From Nitrososphaeria archaeon (lineage in GTDB: Archaea; Thermoproteota; Nitrososphaeria; Geothermarchaeales; JDFR-13): DNA of 64,000 nucleotides. Where the stretch lies: positions 768,001-832,000 of the forward strand of contig JALWXN010000004.1 in NCBI GenBank assembly GCA_027078545.1, in the 5' to 3' direction. The notes under the pieces were generated by a model. It worked only from the letters and a program-made list of their open reading frames with translations. It was not told the origin of the DNA and searched no databases. The translations under genes and the position numbers were made by a program. Positions 1 through 10,424 of this stretch are shown here, piece by piece. Within the stretch, counting starts at the first letter, position 1. Each line of letters opens with the position of its first letter.

Positions 1-183
1 CCCAGTTACATAGGCTCCTACAGCCACCCCGAAGGCCAGTCCGAAGTTCGGTATACCTGTATATCCATACTGGATGTTCAGCGCCGTAGCTACAAGTATG
101 TACACCGCCACGAAAAAGACCAGGTTTACTATGAAGTTTATGACTCCCTCGAGTGGGAGTTGGAGAACAAGGTCCTGGATCAT
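1..183 (-). CDS. livM: Branched-chain amino acid ABC transporter permease (LivM-like), partial; runs off the window start
   Basis: The ATG at 183-181 overlaps the TGA of the upstream permease. Manual translation gives MIQDLVLQLPLEGVINFIVNLVFFVAVYILVATALNIQYGYTGIPNFG, which contains the LN..YGYTG..NFG motif typical of LivM. Confidence 0.8.
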   Translation of the reverse strand, partial: MIQDLVLQLPLEGVINFIVNLVFFVAVYILVATALNIQYGYTGIPNFGLAFGVAVGAYVTG

Positions 184-1214
184 CAGACTATCCCCTCCGT
201 ACGGGCCTTAATCTTCCTCTCCCTATACTTCTCGAGGAGGCCATAGATACCCTCAGGGATGAACATGAGGGCGAATATTAGGAGTAGTAGGGGGATTAGG
301 GGCCTATAGGAGGCTGTAGAGACACCACCTATCTCGGGGATGATCGTTGATATCCACGCGGTACCCATGATCTCGACATATCCAATAATATATGTGGCGA
401 TGATGGCCATTGATAGGCTCCTGACCCCTCCTAGTATAGAGGCGGCGAAGACGTTGATGATGATTAGTGAGCCTATGGCCGGGTAGCTCCTGAACCATAG
501 TGGTAGGAGTGCACCCGCCACACCGGCCATGCCGCCTGTTAGGAACCATGAGACTAGGTTGACCATATCTACGTTTACACCGACCACCTCGGCCAGGTCA
601 GGATTTTCAACCGTCGCCCTCATAGCCATGCCGAACTTAGTCTTGTATAGCAGGAAGAGGAAGAAGAGGGTGAAGCCTAGGAGGAGGATAGGCGCCACGA
701 TTAACACACCGGGTGCGGTGCTGGGCGGGATCAGGGGGATGTTCAGCAGAATATCTACGCCCTCCTCGAGGGCGATCTCCTGGTCAAGGTTGAACCCGAT
801 AACTATATCCTCCTCCCTGAGTAGGAACCCCCTACTGTTGAGCTTATGGACATTCTGTATATAGTCAGCCTGGATGTTGAGGACGGCTATCAATATGATG
901 TCCACTGCTATAGTCGAGATGAGGAGTAGGATCTCAGGCGCACCGGCCCTCTTCAAAGTATAGATGACCCCCAGGTATACGGCGACCCCTATAAGTGCAA
1001 CCACTATGAAAGAGAAGATAACTGAGTAGTAAGTGGGCATCTCCCATACACGAGTCACCCATAAAGTCATGAATACACCCACAGCTGCGAATGTCCCATG
1101 TGCCCAGTTAGGTATCCTAGCAGTTTGATAGGTAAGGTTGAAACCCATCGTCAAGAACGCTATTAGGGTCGAGTAGATGAAGGCCTGTACAGCTACCGCT
1201 CCCCATGCAACCAT
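183..1214 (-). CDS. livH: Branched-chain amino acid ABC transporter permease (LivH-like)
   Basis: Multi-TM protein with NWAHG and TKFGMAMRATVENPDLAEVVGVN motifs. Confidence 0.88.
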   Translation of the reverse strand: MVAWGAVAVQAFIYSTLIAFLTMGFNLTYQTARIPNWAHGTFAAVGVFMTLWVTRVWEMPTYYSVIFSFIVVALIGVAVYLGVIYTLKRAGAPEILLLISTIAVDIILIAVLNIQADYIQNVHKLNSRGFLLREEDIVIGFNLDQEIALEEGVDILLNIPLIPPSTAPGVLIVAPILLLGFTLFFLFLLYKTKFGMAMRATVENPDLAEVVGVNVDMVNLVSWFLTGGMAGVAGALLPLWFRSYPAIGSLIIINVFAASILGGVRSLSMAIIATYIIGYVEIMGTAWISTIIPEIGGVSTASYRPLIPLLLLIFALMFIPEGIYGLLEKYRERKIKARTEGIV

Positions 1215-1400
1215 ATTCTACTGCCCTCCACTCAAGGGGGAATTATAATTATTTCTCTCACACCGCATCGCTATTAAATCCATCCCTTCTATGTAGGGGA
1301 TCTATCCCTACTATGTGGGGGAAATCTCCAAAATCTCGGGAACTATTTTTAATCTCTACACGGGTTATAGATTATCTTATAACATACTCGGGGTGGTTCA

Positions 1401-2714
1401 ATGGACAACAAGTCACTCCTGATAGCGGTAGCAATACTGATGCTACTCATCGGATTCTCTGCGGGGTACTTCTTCGGAATGTCCAGCGTAGCCCCAGCTG
1501 AGGAGGCCATGGAGCCAGGGGCTGGTGAGGAACAGCCAACAGCCCCTACAGAAGAACCCACAGGTTTGACCGGCACAATCAAGATCGGAGTAGTAATGAT
1601 TGGTAGCATCGCCCCTAGGGAGCTGCCACCACTTGAGGAGTGGGTGGAGGAGGAGGTCAACGACTTCCTCAAGGAGATTGGCTACGACTTCGAGATAGAC
1701 CTGCTATACGAGAATGCTGAGAGGAGCTCTGACCTAGCTGTAGAGAAGGTGCAGACCCTACACGCACAGGGTGTCCAGGTAATCCTCGGTATGAGGTGGA
1801 GCAGCTCTATACAGAAGTCCTATGACTATGTCGTTGAGAACAACATCGTAGTCATAAGCGAGGGTTCCACTAGTCCACTCCTCGCTATACCTGGCGACAC
1901 CGTATTCAGACTGCCACCTAACGATCTCCTACAGAGCAGGGCGCTTATCCAGCTCCACAAGGATCTAGGTACTGAGGCGGTAGTCCTCCTCTACAGGGGC
2001 GATGCCTGGGGTGATGGACTTAGGAACGAGTTTAGGAGGTTGGCTCAGCAGGAGGGCATAGTTGTATTTGACGAGATTAGGTATAGTCCAGAGGCCACAG
2101 AGTTTAGCGGTGAGGTGGCTAGCCTAGCCGACAAGGTCAGCCAGGCACTCCAGCAGTACGACAAGGTAGCTATACAGACTTTCGTCTTCGACGAGCTGGC
2201 AAATATCCTACAGCAGGCACAGGACTACGACGTACTCTTCCAGGTTCCATGGATCGGTAGCGATGGCACATCTGGAGTAGACATTATCATTGAGGACGCA
2301 GGAGAACTAGCTGCCCAGACGATACAGCTCAGCACGATATTCGCACCAACTGAGAGCCTTAAGCACCAGCAGTTCGTGGAGAAGTACGTCGAGCTAACCG
2401 GCTTCGAGCCCGGCGTGTATACAAAGTGTTTCTACGACTCTGTATGGCTGGCAGTCCTATCTATAGCGGCCGCCGGCGAGTATGACGGCGCCAAGATAGC
2501 CGAGAAGGTACCGCTAATAGCTGAGAAGCTCTTCGGCGTCACCGGCTGGCTACTCCTAGATGAGGCTGGTGACAGGGCAGCTGCATCCTACACCGTCCAG
2601 ATGGTTGTTGAGATCGACGGCGGCTACGAGTGGGTGAGGGTTGCCTCCATAGACGCATTGACTGGCGCCGTCTCCTGGGTTCAGAAGCCTGACTTCAGCC
2701 AGTTCGGCTGGTGA
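1401..2714 (+). CDS. ABC transporter substrate-binding protein, LivJ/LivK (periplasmic binding protein type 1) family
   Basis: N-terminal hydrophobic anchor and Pro/Glu linker; STSPLL...FRLPPND, D.WGDGL and GVTG.LLLDE.GDR motifs; liv gene context. Confidence 0.85.
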   Translation: MDNKSLLIAVAILMLLIGFSAGYFFGMSSVAPAEEAMEPGAGEEQPTAPTEEPTGLTGTIKIGVVMIGSIAPRELPPLEEWVEEEVNDFLKEIGYDFEIDLLYENAERSSDLAVEKVQTLHAQGVQVILGMRWSSSIQKSYDYVVENNIVVISEGSTSPLLAIPGDTVFRLPPNDLLQSRALIQLHKDLGTEAVVLLYRGDAWGDGLRNEFRRLAQQEGIVVFDEIRYSPEATEFSGEVASLADKVSQALQQYDKVAIQTFVFDELANILQQAQDYDVLFQVPWIGSDGTSGVDIIIEDAGELAAQTIQLSTIFAPTESLKHQQFVEKYVELTGFEPGVYTKCFYDSVWLAVLSIAAAGEYDGAKIAEKVPLIAEKLFGVTGWLLLDEAGDRAAASYTVQMVVEIDGGYEWVRVASIDALTGAVSWVQKPDFSQFGW

Positions 2715-2726
2715 TAACCCTATCCA

Positions 2727-2745
2727 CACCCCCCAACTTTTTATT
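2727..2745 (+). terminator. Archaeal C-rich/poly-T intrinsic terminator-like tract
   Basis: CACCCCCCAACTTTTTATT directly after the SBP stop; similar tracts follow other highly expressed genes (about 8490, 10750, 53366 on minus). Confidence 0.4.
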
Positions 2746-2765
2746 GATACTCTGGGTGTAGGGGG

Positions 2766-3536
2766 ATGGCGGCGATACTAAGCACTAAGGGGGTTACCAA
2801 GAGGTTTGGAAACCTCGTGGCTGTGGACAATGTATCGATAGATGTGGAGGAGAGGAAGCTCTCAATGATCATAGGCCCCAACGGGAGTGGTAAGACCACC
2901 CTGATAAACTGTATAACCGGCTACCTCAAGCCTGACGGTGGACGCGTCATATACAAGGGAAGGGATATCACTAGGATCCCGCCCCACAAGAGGGTGGAGC
3001 TAGGCCTAACAAGGACATTCCAGATACCTAGCCCCTTCCGCAAACTACCGGTTCTCGACAACCTACTGATCTCATATAGCAGGTTCAACCCTGGTGCAAA
3101 GGTCTACAACAGTATCTTTAGACCCCGCTGGCTAAGGAAGGAGAAGGAGGCCGTCAAGAAGGCCTACGAGGTCTTGAAGCTCCTGAACCTCCTACACGTG
3201 GCTGAGCAGCCGGCTGAGAACCTTAGCGGTGGACAGCTGAAGCTACTGGAGATAGGGAGGACTTTGATGACCAATGCGGAGACCATAGTCATGGACGAGC
3301 CGGTGGGCGGTGTAAACCCAACCCTTGCACACCAGATCTTCAGGCATATTAGGGACTTGATCGAGAATCATGGTAAGACCTTCCTGATAATTGAGCACCG
3401 CCTAGAGGTGGCTAAGCAGTATGTCGACCATGTATATGCCATGGCCTATGGCAAGCTGATAGCGGAGGGGAGGCCAGAGGAGGTCCTCACCAACGAGAGG
3501 GTCGTGGAGAGCTATCTAGGGACTACCGAGATCTAG
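2766..3536 (+). CDS. livG: Branched-chain amino acid ABC transporter ATP-binding protein (LivG-like)
   Basis: GPNGSGKTT, RTFQ, LSGGQ, MDEP and IEH motifs; V..SYLG C-terminus. Confidence 0.9.
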   Translation: MAAILSTKGVTKRFGNLVAVDNVSIDVEERKLSMIIGPNGSGKTTLINCITGYLKPDGGRVIYKGRDITRIPPHKRVELGLTRTFQIPSPFRKLPVLDNLLISYSRFNPGAKVYNSIFRPRWLRKEKEAVKKAYEVLKLLNLLHVAEQPAENLSGGQLKLLEIGRTLMTNAETIVMDEPVGGVNPTLAHQIFRHIRDLIENHGKTFLIIEHRLEVAKQYVDHVYAMAYGKLIAEGRPEEVLTNERVVESYLGTTEI

Positions 3537-5652
3537 CCCTATATATCACTACACCACCGTTGAAGTAGACCGGCTCATAGAGGTTCCTGAGGAAATAGTT
3601 CCTAGCGCCTGGGTCTCCATAGCTACTCCCCGGGGCCACTATATAGTCAACCCCATAGAGCTCTATCAGGCTATCAACGCCGAGTATCGTTATACCCTCC
3701 TCACCCGAGTCCTCACCCACGATCTCGAACCCTATCGAGAGCCCTCCCTCCGAGAGGAATAGCAGCTTATCCCTCTCCCATGGAACCTCATAGACGTCTA
3801 TGACTCCTTCGGAGGAGGCTACCACGTAGGATCCCCTAGCCATTATCATGGCGTCACCCTCCACAAGCCTGAAGCCCCGGTACTCACTACTCATCTTGAG
3901 GGGTATACCATACACTGAAGTGTTGATATCGAGCTCTGGATCGACCCATATCTTGAAGCCTGTCTCCGTGAAGCCGTAGATATATAGGTCTACATAGCCC
4001 TCCTCAAAGTAGAACCTATAGCCCAGCTCGCCAAGCCTCTCAGTGGAGAGGACAGGTGATAGTGGGAGGTGCCCACCAGTCCCCGGCTCGACACCAACGA
4101 TATCGGGTATTGGGAGGCTGAAGACCTCTCTATAGGCACCATATCCATAGGCCTCGAGTATCAGGCTGTGCCTAGGCCCTAGGTCACCCTGTATCAGTAG
4201 CCGGTAGTATGGGGTCGTAACGGCTAGATATGCATTCAGTATTGCGCTGGCTACGTAGTACTCCTCCACCTGGCCCTCCCTGAAGAGCCACCTGGGATGG
4301 ATACTGATCAGTGTATCCCTCAGTGTATAGCCCTCTATCCACCTCCCCATTACCTCGTCAGCGACAAAAACGCTCCCTATATCCGTATAACTATCTATCC
4401 ATTCGAGGGCATCTAGTCTGCTCCACGGGTCGTAGGGATCTATGACCTGGTACCAGGCATCGATGCTTGGAACTGTTGATACACCAGCCTCCACCGTGGC
4501 TGCTAGGGAGGCGGCTAGGAGTATTATCAATGTGATCGAGACCAGCTTCCTTCTCCAGTGTGCTACGATCTCAAGCCAGTGCCTAATATCTATCATCGAG
4601 ACTCCCACGCCCAGCGCGAGTGTCACGGGCTGGGCCAGGAAGAATATGAACCTGGCGAAGTCTATGGAGACTCCTATGAGGTATGCCTGGCTAAGTATTA
4701 ATGGGGTCGCTATCCATGAGAATAGTAGTGGAAAGAGCTTGGCATCGTCTAGCGAGAGGTATAGTATGTAGAGTACAGTGGCTGTAACCAGGAGGGCCAG
4801 GATATTCGTCTTATAGGCGTAGAGGAAGGTCTCGACTATATCGACCCGTAGGTCGTAGTAGGCCGCCTCGTTGAACCATACATAGTCCGAGAGGTATGAG
4901 AGGCCATATCTATAGAGCATGAAGGCTCCGAGTACGGATAGGCCTACCGCCCCAGAACCTATTGCGGCCCTCTCCTCACCTATCAGTAGGTAGATGACGG
5001 CCATGCCGATGAGCATCGTGATTAGGATGGCTGTTGAGAGGTGGTGAGTCATAACGACAAGGATGCCTAGCAAAACGGATCTGTAGATCCCCTCCCCACC
5101 CCTGATCCATCTATAGAGGTGTTTAACGGCGAGGGGTATGATAAGCAGGGCCGTCAGGTTTGGGTAGCCCCCCCAGGAGAACATCTCCATATAGATCGGG
5201 GCGAAGGATGTGACTATCCCCGAATAGATAGAGGCCTTCCATGACCCGGTGACCTCATAGACCAGGCTATACATCGGGATGGGTAGGAGGATGTATACGA
5301 GGATCCCATATAGATGGACACCCATTACATCTCCAAAGACATGTCTAAAGACGGCTATGCCTAGGAGGGAGAGGGGTGGGTATCCGAATACACTCTGACC
5401 ACCCATAACCCGCTCAACAGCCTCCACAAACTCGTTGTTGACCCCTAACATCCTTAGGAACAGCGCTTCATAGGCCTTTGAGTATTTCAGCCACTCGCCA
5501 GGGTCGGACCATAGGGGCATAGGCTTCATGATGGATAGTGGGTAGATGAGGGCTAGGGATATGAGTGGCAGGACTAGGTATGGCCTCACCCTTAGGAGGC
5601 CTATGAGGGTCTCGGCCACACTATCAACTATCTGCCTAGGTCTCAACGCCAT
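3523..5652 (-). CDS. Integral membrane glycosyltransferase, GT-C fold-like, with extracellular C-terminal domain
   Basis: About 11-12 TM segments; first-loop SDPGEW acidic motif, YPPL, WGGYPN, THH, and ALEWI...T..GSVFVAD in the C-terminal domain. Confidence 0.55.
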   Translation of the reverse strand: MALRPRQIVDSVAETLIGLLRVRPYLVLPLISLALIYPLSIMKPMPLWSDPGEWLKYSKAYEALFLRMLGVNNEFVEAVERVMGGQSVFGYPPLSLLGIAVFRHVFGDVMGVHLYGILVYILLPIPMYSLVYEVTGSWKASIYSGIVTSFAPIYMEMFSWGGYPNLTALLIIPLAVKHLYRWIRGGEGIYRSVLLGILVVMTHHLSTAILITMLIGMAVIYLLIGEERAAIGSGAVGLSVLGAFMLYRYGLSYLSDYVWFNEAAYYDLRVDIVETFLYAYKTNILALLVTATVLYILYLSLDDAKLFPLLFSWIATPLILSQAYLIGVSIDFARFIFFLAQPVTLALGVGVSMIDIRHWLEIVAHWRRKLVSITLIILLAASLAATVEAGVSTVPSIDAWYQVIDPYDPWSRLDALEWIDSYTDIGSVFVADEVMGRWIEGYTLRDTLISIHPRWLFREGQVEEYYVASAILNAYLAVTTPYYRLLIQGDLGPRHSLILEAYGYGAYREVFSLPIPDIVGVEPGTGGHLPLSPVLSTERLGELGYRFYFEEGYVDLYIYGFTETGFKIWVDPELDINTSVYGIPLKMSSEYRGFRLVEGDAMIMARGSYVVASSEGVIDVYEVPWERDKLLFLSEGGLSIGFEIVGEDSGEEGITILGVDSLIELYGVDYIVAPGSSYGDPGARNYFLRNLYEPVYFNGGVVIYRARSR

Positions 5653-5713
5653 ACACCTAGTATTTACACCCCCTTGTTTAATACTCGGTGTATCCCATGC
5701 TTCTAGGAGGCAT

Positions 5714-6376
5714 ATGGCTATGAGGAGCGTGGAGATCGCCAGATGGGTAATGGGGCCTCTGAAGACGAACTGCTACATGCTCAGGAGTGGCGAGGAGGTC
5801 ATCCTCATAGATGTAGGATTCCCACGAGAAGCCCTGGAACTAGCTGAGTTCCTCCTTGAGAGGGGGTGGATACCGAGGTATATAGTCGCCACCCATGGCC
5901 ACTTCGACCACGTAATGGGTGTCGACGCACTCCGTAGACGAATTAAGCGTGAGATCCCCCTATACATACATATAGCCGACGTAGAGCTCCTCGCAAGGGC
6001 TGGGGAGGCCCTAAACAAGTATTTCGGGATCGAGATGGAGCCGCCCAGGCCCAACCACCTACTAGAGGATGGTGAGATCCTAAGGGTTGGGGAGCTGGAG
6101 ATCCAGGTCATACACCTCCCGGGCCATACGCCAGGAAGCATAGCCCTATACCTCCCCAGCGAGGACATCGTCTTCACCGGGGACACACTGTTCCGGAGAT
6201 ATGTGGGGAGGTGCGACTTCCCGGAGAGCAGCTGTAGAGACCTGGCCAACAGCCTCAGACGCCTCTTCCAACTCCCACCCCAGACAAGGGTTTATCCAGG
6301 CCACATGGAGGAGACGATCCTTGGTGAGGAGATGCATATAAACCCATTCGTAAAGGAGCTTCTGGAGCGGTACTAG
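5714..6376 (+). CDS. MBL-fold metallo-hydrolase (glyoxalase II-like)
   Basis: THGHFDH, PGHTPGS, FTGDTLF and YPGH motifs; start moved to the ATG after GGAGG. Confidence 0.88.
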   Translation: MAMRSVEIARWVMGPLKTNCYMLRSGEEVILIDVGFPREALELAEFLLERGWIPRYIVATHGHFDHVMGVDALRRRIKREIPLYIHIADVELLARAGEALNKYFGIEMEPPRPNHLLEDGEILRVGELEIQVIHLPGHTPGSIALYLPSEDIVFTGDTLFRRYVGRCDFPESSCRDLANSLRRLFQLPPQTRVYPGHMEETILGEEMHINPFVKELLERY

Positions 6377-6425
6377 ACGTTCCAAACGATTGACTTATTA
6401 TATACTCCCCCATGAAATAAGGTGT

Positions 6426-8483
6426 ATGAAACAACAATTCCTAACACTGATCCTAGTGGCCCTATTACTAGTCCCAGTCATCACCATCACGCCTGGAAAC
6501 CCGGTCCCGGTCAGTGCACAGCAGGACGCAGTCCCCGGTGCAGAGGTATCCATAAGGGCTGGGAATCCTGACTCTAGCTACGAGATGTCGATGTATACAG
6601 ATGAGACTGGATCCATATCAGTGGATATCGCCCCTATTGATAACCACTTTATAAGGGTAGATGCTAGGGGCTATATGCCAGTTACACAGATGGTTGCTCC
6701 CAATGGGACTCAGCCTATAAACCTCGCTATACAGCTGAACCCACTACCAATGGTGGAGGGATATGTCAGAACCCCTGACGGCCGCCCAGTATCCGGCGCG
6801 CTCATCCGGTCATCTGTAGATAGCGTTCTCACGGATGAGAGAGGGTATTATGCCCTATATGTACTCCCCAATGAGACCAGCCTAGCCGTAACCACACCTC
6901 TGGCCAATACCCTCCCACTAGCGGTTGCAATAATAATGAACCAGTTCCAGTATAGAGACGTCGAGAGGGTATGGGCATTCAACCTGAACGCTCATAATGA
7001 TAACGTGGTATCCAGGATTGTGAATATCAATGTCAATGGGCCTGTGACCAATGTCGACATAACCCTCGACTGGAGCGCAAGGATAACGGGTACAGTCACA
7101 TTCCAGAATGGGACGCCCGTTGTGGGAGCTGGGGTATCGGCATTCCCAGACGATGTTAGCAACCTATTGATGATTCCACTCGGCTCAACAGATGAGAACG
7201 GTAGGTATGTACTCGATAATGACGTTACAAACGGTAGGTTCAACCTAAGTGTGACCATCCCTACGCATAATGGGAGTGGATCACTACACTTCTCCAATAT
7301 CGGGACGATATACATCAATACCAGCAACCCACTCAACGACACCTTCAACCTAGATATCACATTGCCAGAGGTGGTTAGGATAACAGGTAGGGTCTTATCA
7401 TCCAACGGTAGGCCCTTCGAGAACTTCATGGTAATGTTTATAAGGAATAATTATGACCCACCCTTCTGGACCGCCATAGACTATACTGACTCTGATGGCA
7501 ACTTCGAGCTGCTGGTCCCCAAGGGGGCTGATGGAAACATCGTAGTGGCTGCAGGTACATTAGTCACAGCCTATGTCACCAGTATACCGGTAACAGCTAA
7601 CGCCAATATGGATCTAGGCACGATAAACACCAATGTCGGCCTCTACTACGTCAGTGGTATCGTATCGCCATACGACCCTAATGACCCGATGTTCCGTGGT
7701 ATGAACGTAGTAGTGGAGACCGTGGTATCACTAGGCTTCTTCCAGACAACATATAAAATGGTGGCCACCATAGAGGAGGACGGAAGCTTCACCGGCTACG
7801 TATTAACCGGCCTTACAGGGCCTGGTGACCAGCAGCTCCAGGTAAGCCATAGGATCAGGCTAGAGGGCGGCTACCTAGCCGGCGATGGGATGAGGATTCC
7901 TCCCCAGGATCTAGGCACAGTTAATAGTGACACCTCAGGGGTTAACATCAATGTCCCACTGCCGCCCGAGAGGGCTAGGCTGACAGTAACTGTGACCAAG
8001 AGTGGGGATGCACAGAGAGCCGGTAGCCAGGTCTTCGTCTTTAGGACGGTCGTCAATGGTGAGGAGTTCTTTGTAACTATAAGAAAGGCTGCCGGCGAGT
8101 ATCCACTACCAGGTATAGGTATGGTCCTGGCCAAGAGGACCAACACTGGTATGCTCAACCTCTTCATGGAGCCAGTCGCTGGTAGCATGACCCTAAACAT
8201 AACTATTCCTAAGAGGCTTCTAGCACCGCCATTCGCAGTCAGCACTATAGACCCCAATACAGGTACTCTCGAGCCTACACAGTTCTCTACACAGGATCTC
8301 GGTGACTCGGTATCGATAATGGTGACGGTCTCAGGTACTGTTATGCTACAGATCGAGAGCCCCAACGTAATACCTGACCTCCCGGCACCGATACTGCTAG
8401 TGGCTTTGGTGGCTGGGGCAGTAGTGGCTACTAGGGTCGTGAGGAATAGGCTGGCCCTAAGGTCTCTCAGCGGGAGGCCCTAG
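6426..8483 (+). CDS. Secreted/cell-surface protein with repeated carboxypeptidase-regulatory-like beta-sandwich domains and a C-terminal sorting-type anchor
   Basis: Signal peptide MKQQFLTLILVALLL; repeated G.V...G.P..GA...TD..G.Y/F units; many N-x-S/T sequons; C-terminal VIPDLP + TM + Arg-rich tail. Confidence 0.7.
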   Translation: MKQQFLTLILVALLLVPVITITPGNPVPVSAQQDAVPGAEVSIRAGNPDSSYEMSMYTDETGSISVDIAPIDNHFIRVDARGYMPVTQMVAPNGTQPINLAIQLNPLPMVEGYVRTPDGRPVSGALIRSSVDSVLTDERGYYALYVLPNETSLAVTTPLANTLPLAVAIIMNQFQYRDVERVWAFNLNAHNDNVVSRIVNINVNGPVTNVDITLDWSARITGTVTFQNGTPVVGAGVSAFPDDVSNLLMIPLGSTDENGRYVLDNDVTNGRFNLSVTIPTHNGSGSLHFSNIGTIYINTSNPLNDTFNLDITLPEVVRITGRVLSSNGRPFENFMVMFIRNNYDPPFWTAIDYTDSDGNFELLVPKGADGNIVVAAGTLVTAYVTSIPVTANANMDLGTINTNVGLYYVSGIVSPYDPNDPMFRGMNVVVETVVSLGFFQTTYKMVATIEEDGSFTGYVLTGLTGPGDQQLQVSHRIRLEGGYLAGDGMRIPPQDLGTVNSDTSGVNINVPLPPERARLTVTVTKSGDAQRAGSQVFVFRTVVNGEEFFVTIRKAAGEYPLPGIGMVLAKRTNTGMLNLFMEPVAGSMTLNITIPKRLLAPPFAVSTIDPNTGTLEPTQFSTQDLGDSVSIMVTVSGTVMLQIESPNVIPDLPAPILLVALVAGAVVATRVVRNRLALRSLSGRP

Positions 8484-8517
8484 GGTCGGCACCCCCTATT
8501 TTTTAGACATTGTTAGT

Positions 8518-9597
8518 CTACAATATGGCCTTACCAGTCGCCTTGTCAAATATATGTATCCTCCGGAGGTCGAAGTCGAAGGGTATCTCACGCCCCTCGG
8601 ATATCCTGCTCCTCGATGATGTCAATGCCCTTATGTTGAGGCCGTCGACGTCTAGGTGGACGATCTTCTCCCGGCCCATAGGCTCCACGATGACTACCCT
8701 GCCTGTGTACGACCCCTTACCCAGCCTTATATGCTCAGGCCTCACACCTATGACGACGCTGGACATGTCTAGGTGGCTGGGTATAGCCTCGGCATAGCCA
8801 TCCCTAAGCCCGATCTTAAGTGGGCCGGCGTCTATCAATACCGTGCCATCCACCCTCTTGAGGTAGCCCTCGATCAGGTTTATCGGGATGTTTCCTATGA
8901 AGCCCGCCACGAATAGGTTTGCAGGCCTGTTGTAGAGATCCTCGGGCGGAGCATACTGCTGTAGACGCCCCTCGTTAAGCACGGCTATCCTATCAGCCAT
9001 CGTCATGGCCTCGAGCTGGTCATGAGTCACGTAGATAGTCGTTATTCCAAGCTCCCTCTGAATCCTCTTGATCTCAGCCCTCATCATCACCCTGAGCTTT
9101 GCGTCTAGGTTGGAGAGCGGCTCATCCATCAGGAAGACGTCCGGCTGCTTCACGATCGCCCTCGCTAGGGCGACCCTCTGCTGCTGGCCACCGCTGAGCT
9201 GGCTGGGCTTCCTGTCTAGGAGCTTGTCTATCCCAAGTATCTTGGCGACCTCTTTAACCCTTCTCTCAATCTCCTGTCTAGGCACCTTCTTCAGCTTTAG
9301 TGGGAAGGCTATATTGTCGAATACCTTCATATGTGGGTAGAGGGCGTAGCTCTGGAAGACCATCCCGATATTCCTATCCTTGGGTGGTACGTCGTTCATC
9401 ACCCTGTCGTCGAAGTAGATGTATCCCGATGTGGGCTTGTATATCCCGGCTATCATCAATAGCGTGGTGGTCTTCCCACATCCACTAGGCCCTAGGAGGG
9501 CCACGAACTCCCCATCCCTAATATCTAGGTTTAGATTATCAACTGCAACAACATCGCCGAATCTTTTATTTAGGTTCTCCAGCCTAATCCTAACCAT
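8518..9597 (-). CDS. malK: Sugar ABC transporter ATP-binding protein (MalK/MsmX family)
   Basis: GPSGCGKTT, VFQSYALYPH, LSGGQQQRVALARA, DEPLSNLDAKLR and a C-terminal TOBE domain. Confidence 0.9.
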   Translation of the reverse strand: MVRIRLENLNKRFGDVVAVDNLNLDIRDGEFVALLGPSGCGKTTTLLMIAGIYKPTSGYIYFDDRVMNDVPPKDRNIGMVFQSYALYPHMKVFDNIAFPLKLKKVPRQEIERRVKEVAKILGIDKLLDRKPSQLSGGQQQRVALARAIVKQPDVFLMDEPLSNLDAKLRVMMRAEIKRIQRELGITTIYVTHDQLEAMTMADRIAVLNEGRLQQYAPPEDLYNRPANLFVAGFIGNIPINLIEGYLKRVDGTVLIDAGPLKIGLRDGYAEAIPSHLDMSSVVIGVRPEHIRLGKGSYTGRVVIVEPMGREKIVHLDVDGLNIRALTSSRSRISEGREIPFDFDLRRIHIFDKATGKAIL

Positions 9598-9662
9598 TAT
9601 TGGACACCCCCCCTAGAAGGTGGATATGGGAAACATGGGGAACGGGGCTTATAGGGGGTCTA

Positions 9663-9688
9663 TTCAAAACCCCCTCTAATGACAAATA
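9663..9688 (-). repeat. Dispersed intergenic motif, copy A (TATTTGTCATTAGAGGGGGTTTTGAA on minus)
   Basis: Near-identical to copies at 19595-19621 and 30151-30173. Confidence 0.55.
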
Positions 9689-9950
9689 ACTACTACTTAC
9701 ATTCTACGAGGAGACCTATAAATCCATCCCCTGATCAGAGTGGGAGGTACGGCTATCTATCCACCCATAACTATCTCCTCCTCTATGTCCTAACCTGTTA
9801 TGTCATGGGCATGGCCAATGCCGTGGATGGGTTATATGTTGCATATACATCTGTGTAGCCCCATCCTCAAAGGGTTATGGAGATACATATTGACCTATAC
9901 ATCGTGACTTGTGTATATACAGATTATACTATACCCGGGGGTGGTGAGAA

Positions 9951-10424
9951 ATGGCGGCACCACCCGGACTAGCATCTGACCTACACGTCTTCTTCGCTCT
10001 CATGGGTATGCTAGCCTCCTCCGCGGGGCTAGGCGTGTTGTTGGCTGGCTCTGATACGAGATGGGTTAGGAGGTTCGCCTTATTGGCTACACTCTTCATA
10101 TGGCTCTCCTGGATATCCTCCGCACCCGTATACATGTACGAATATGGTGTGGATAAGGCTGTAATCAAGTCTTATGAGGAGCTTAGGGCTGCCCACTCAA
10201 TAGGTATGGAGACGAAGGAGCATATCTTCTACACCGGGCTGATGCTCTCCACAGCCCTAGGCCTGATCGCATATGTCCTCGACCCCCTGGACCCCTTCTC
10301 CCGTAGGCTCTACCTAGCCATCTTCATCATAATTATCGTTGGCGGGATACTCCTAGACGCGCTGGGCGCCTGGATAGGGATCTCAGCCAAGCTCGGCTGG
10401 TACTACGGGGGTGGTGGGGGATGA
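9951..10424 (+). CDS. Hypothetical 4-TM membrane protein with His residues (HSIGMETKEH)
   Basis: ORF with an RBS (GGTGGTGA) and hydrophobic helices; translationally coupled to the next gene. Confidence 0.6.
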   Translation: MAAPPGLASDLHVFFALMGMLASSAGLGVLLAGSDTRWVRRFALLATLFIWLSWISSAPVYMYEYGVDKAVIKSYEELRAAHSIGMETKEHIFYTGLMLSTALGLIAYVLDPLDPFSRRLYLAIFIIIIVGGILLDALGAWIGISAKLGWYYGGGGG

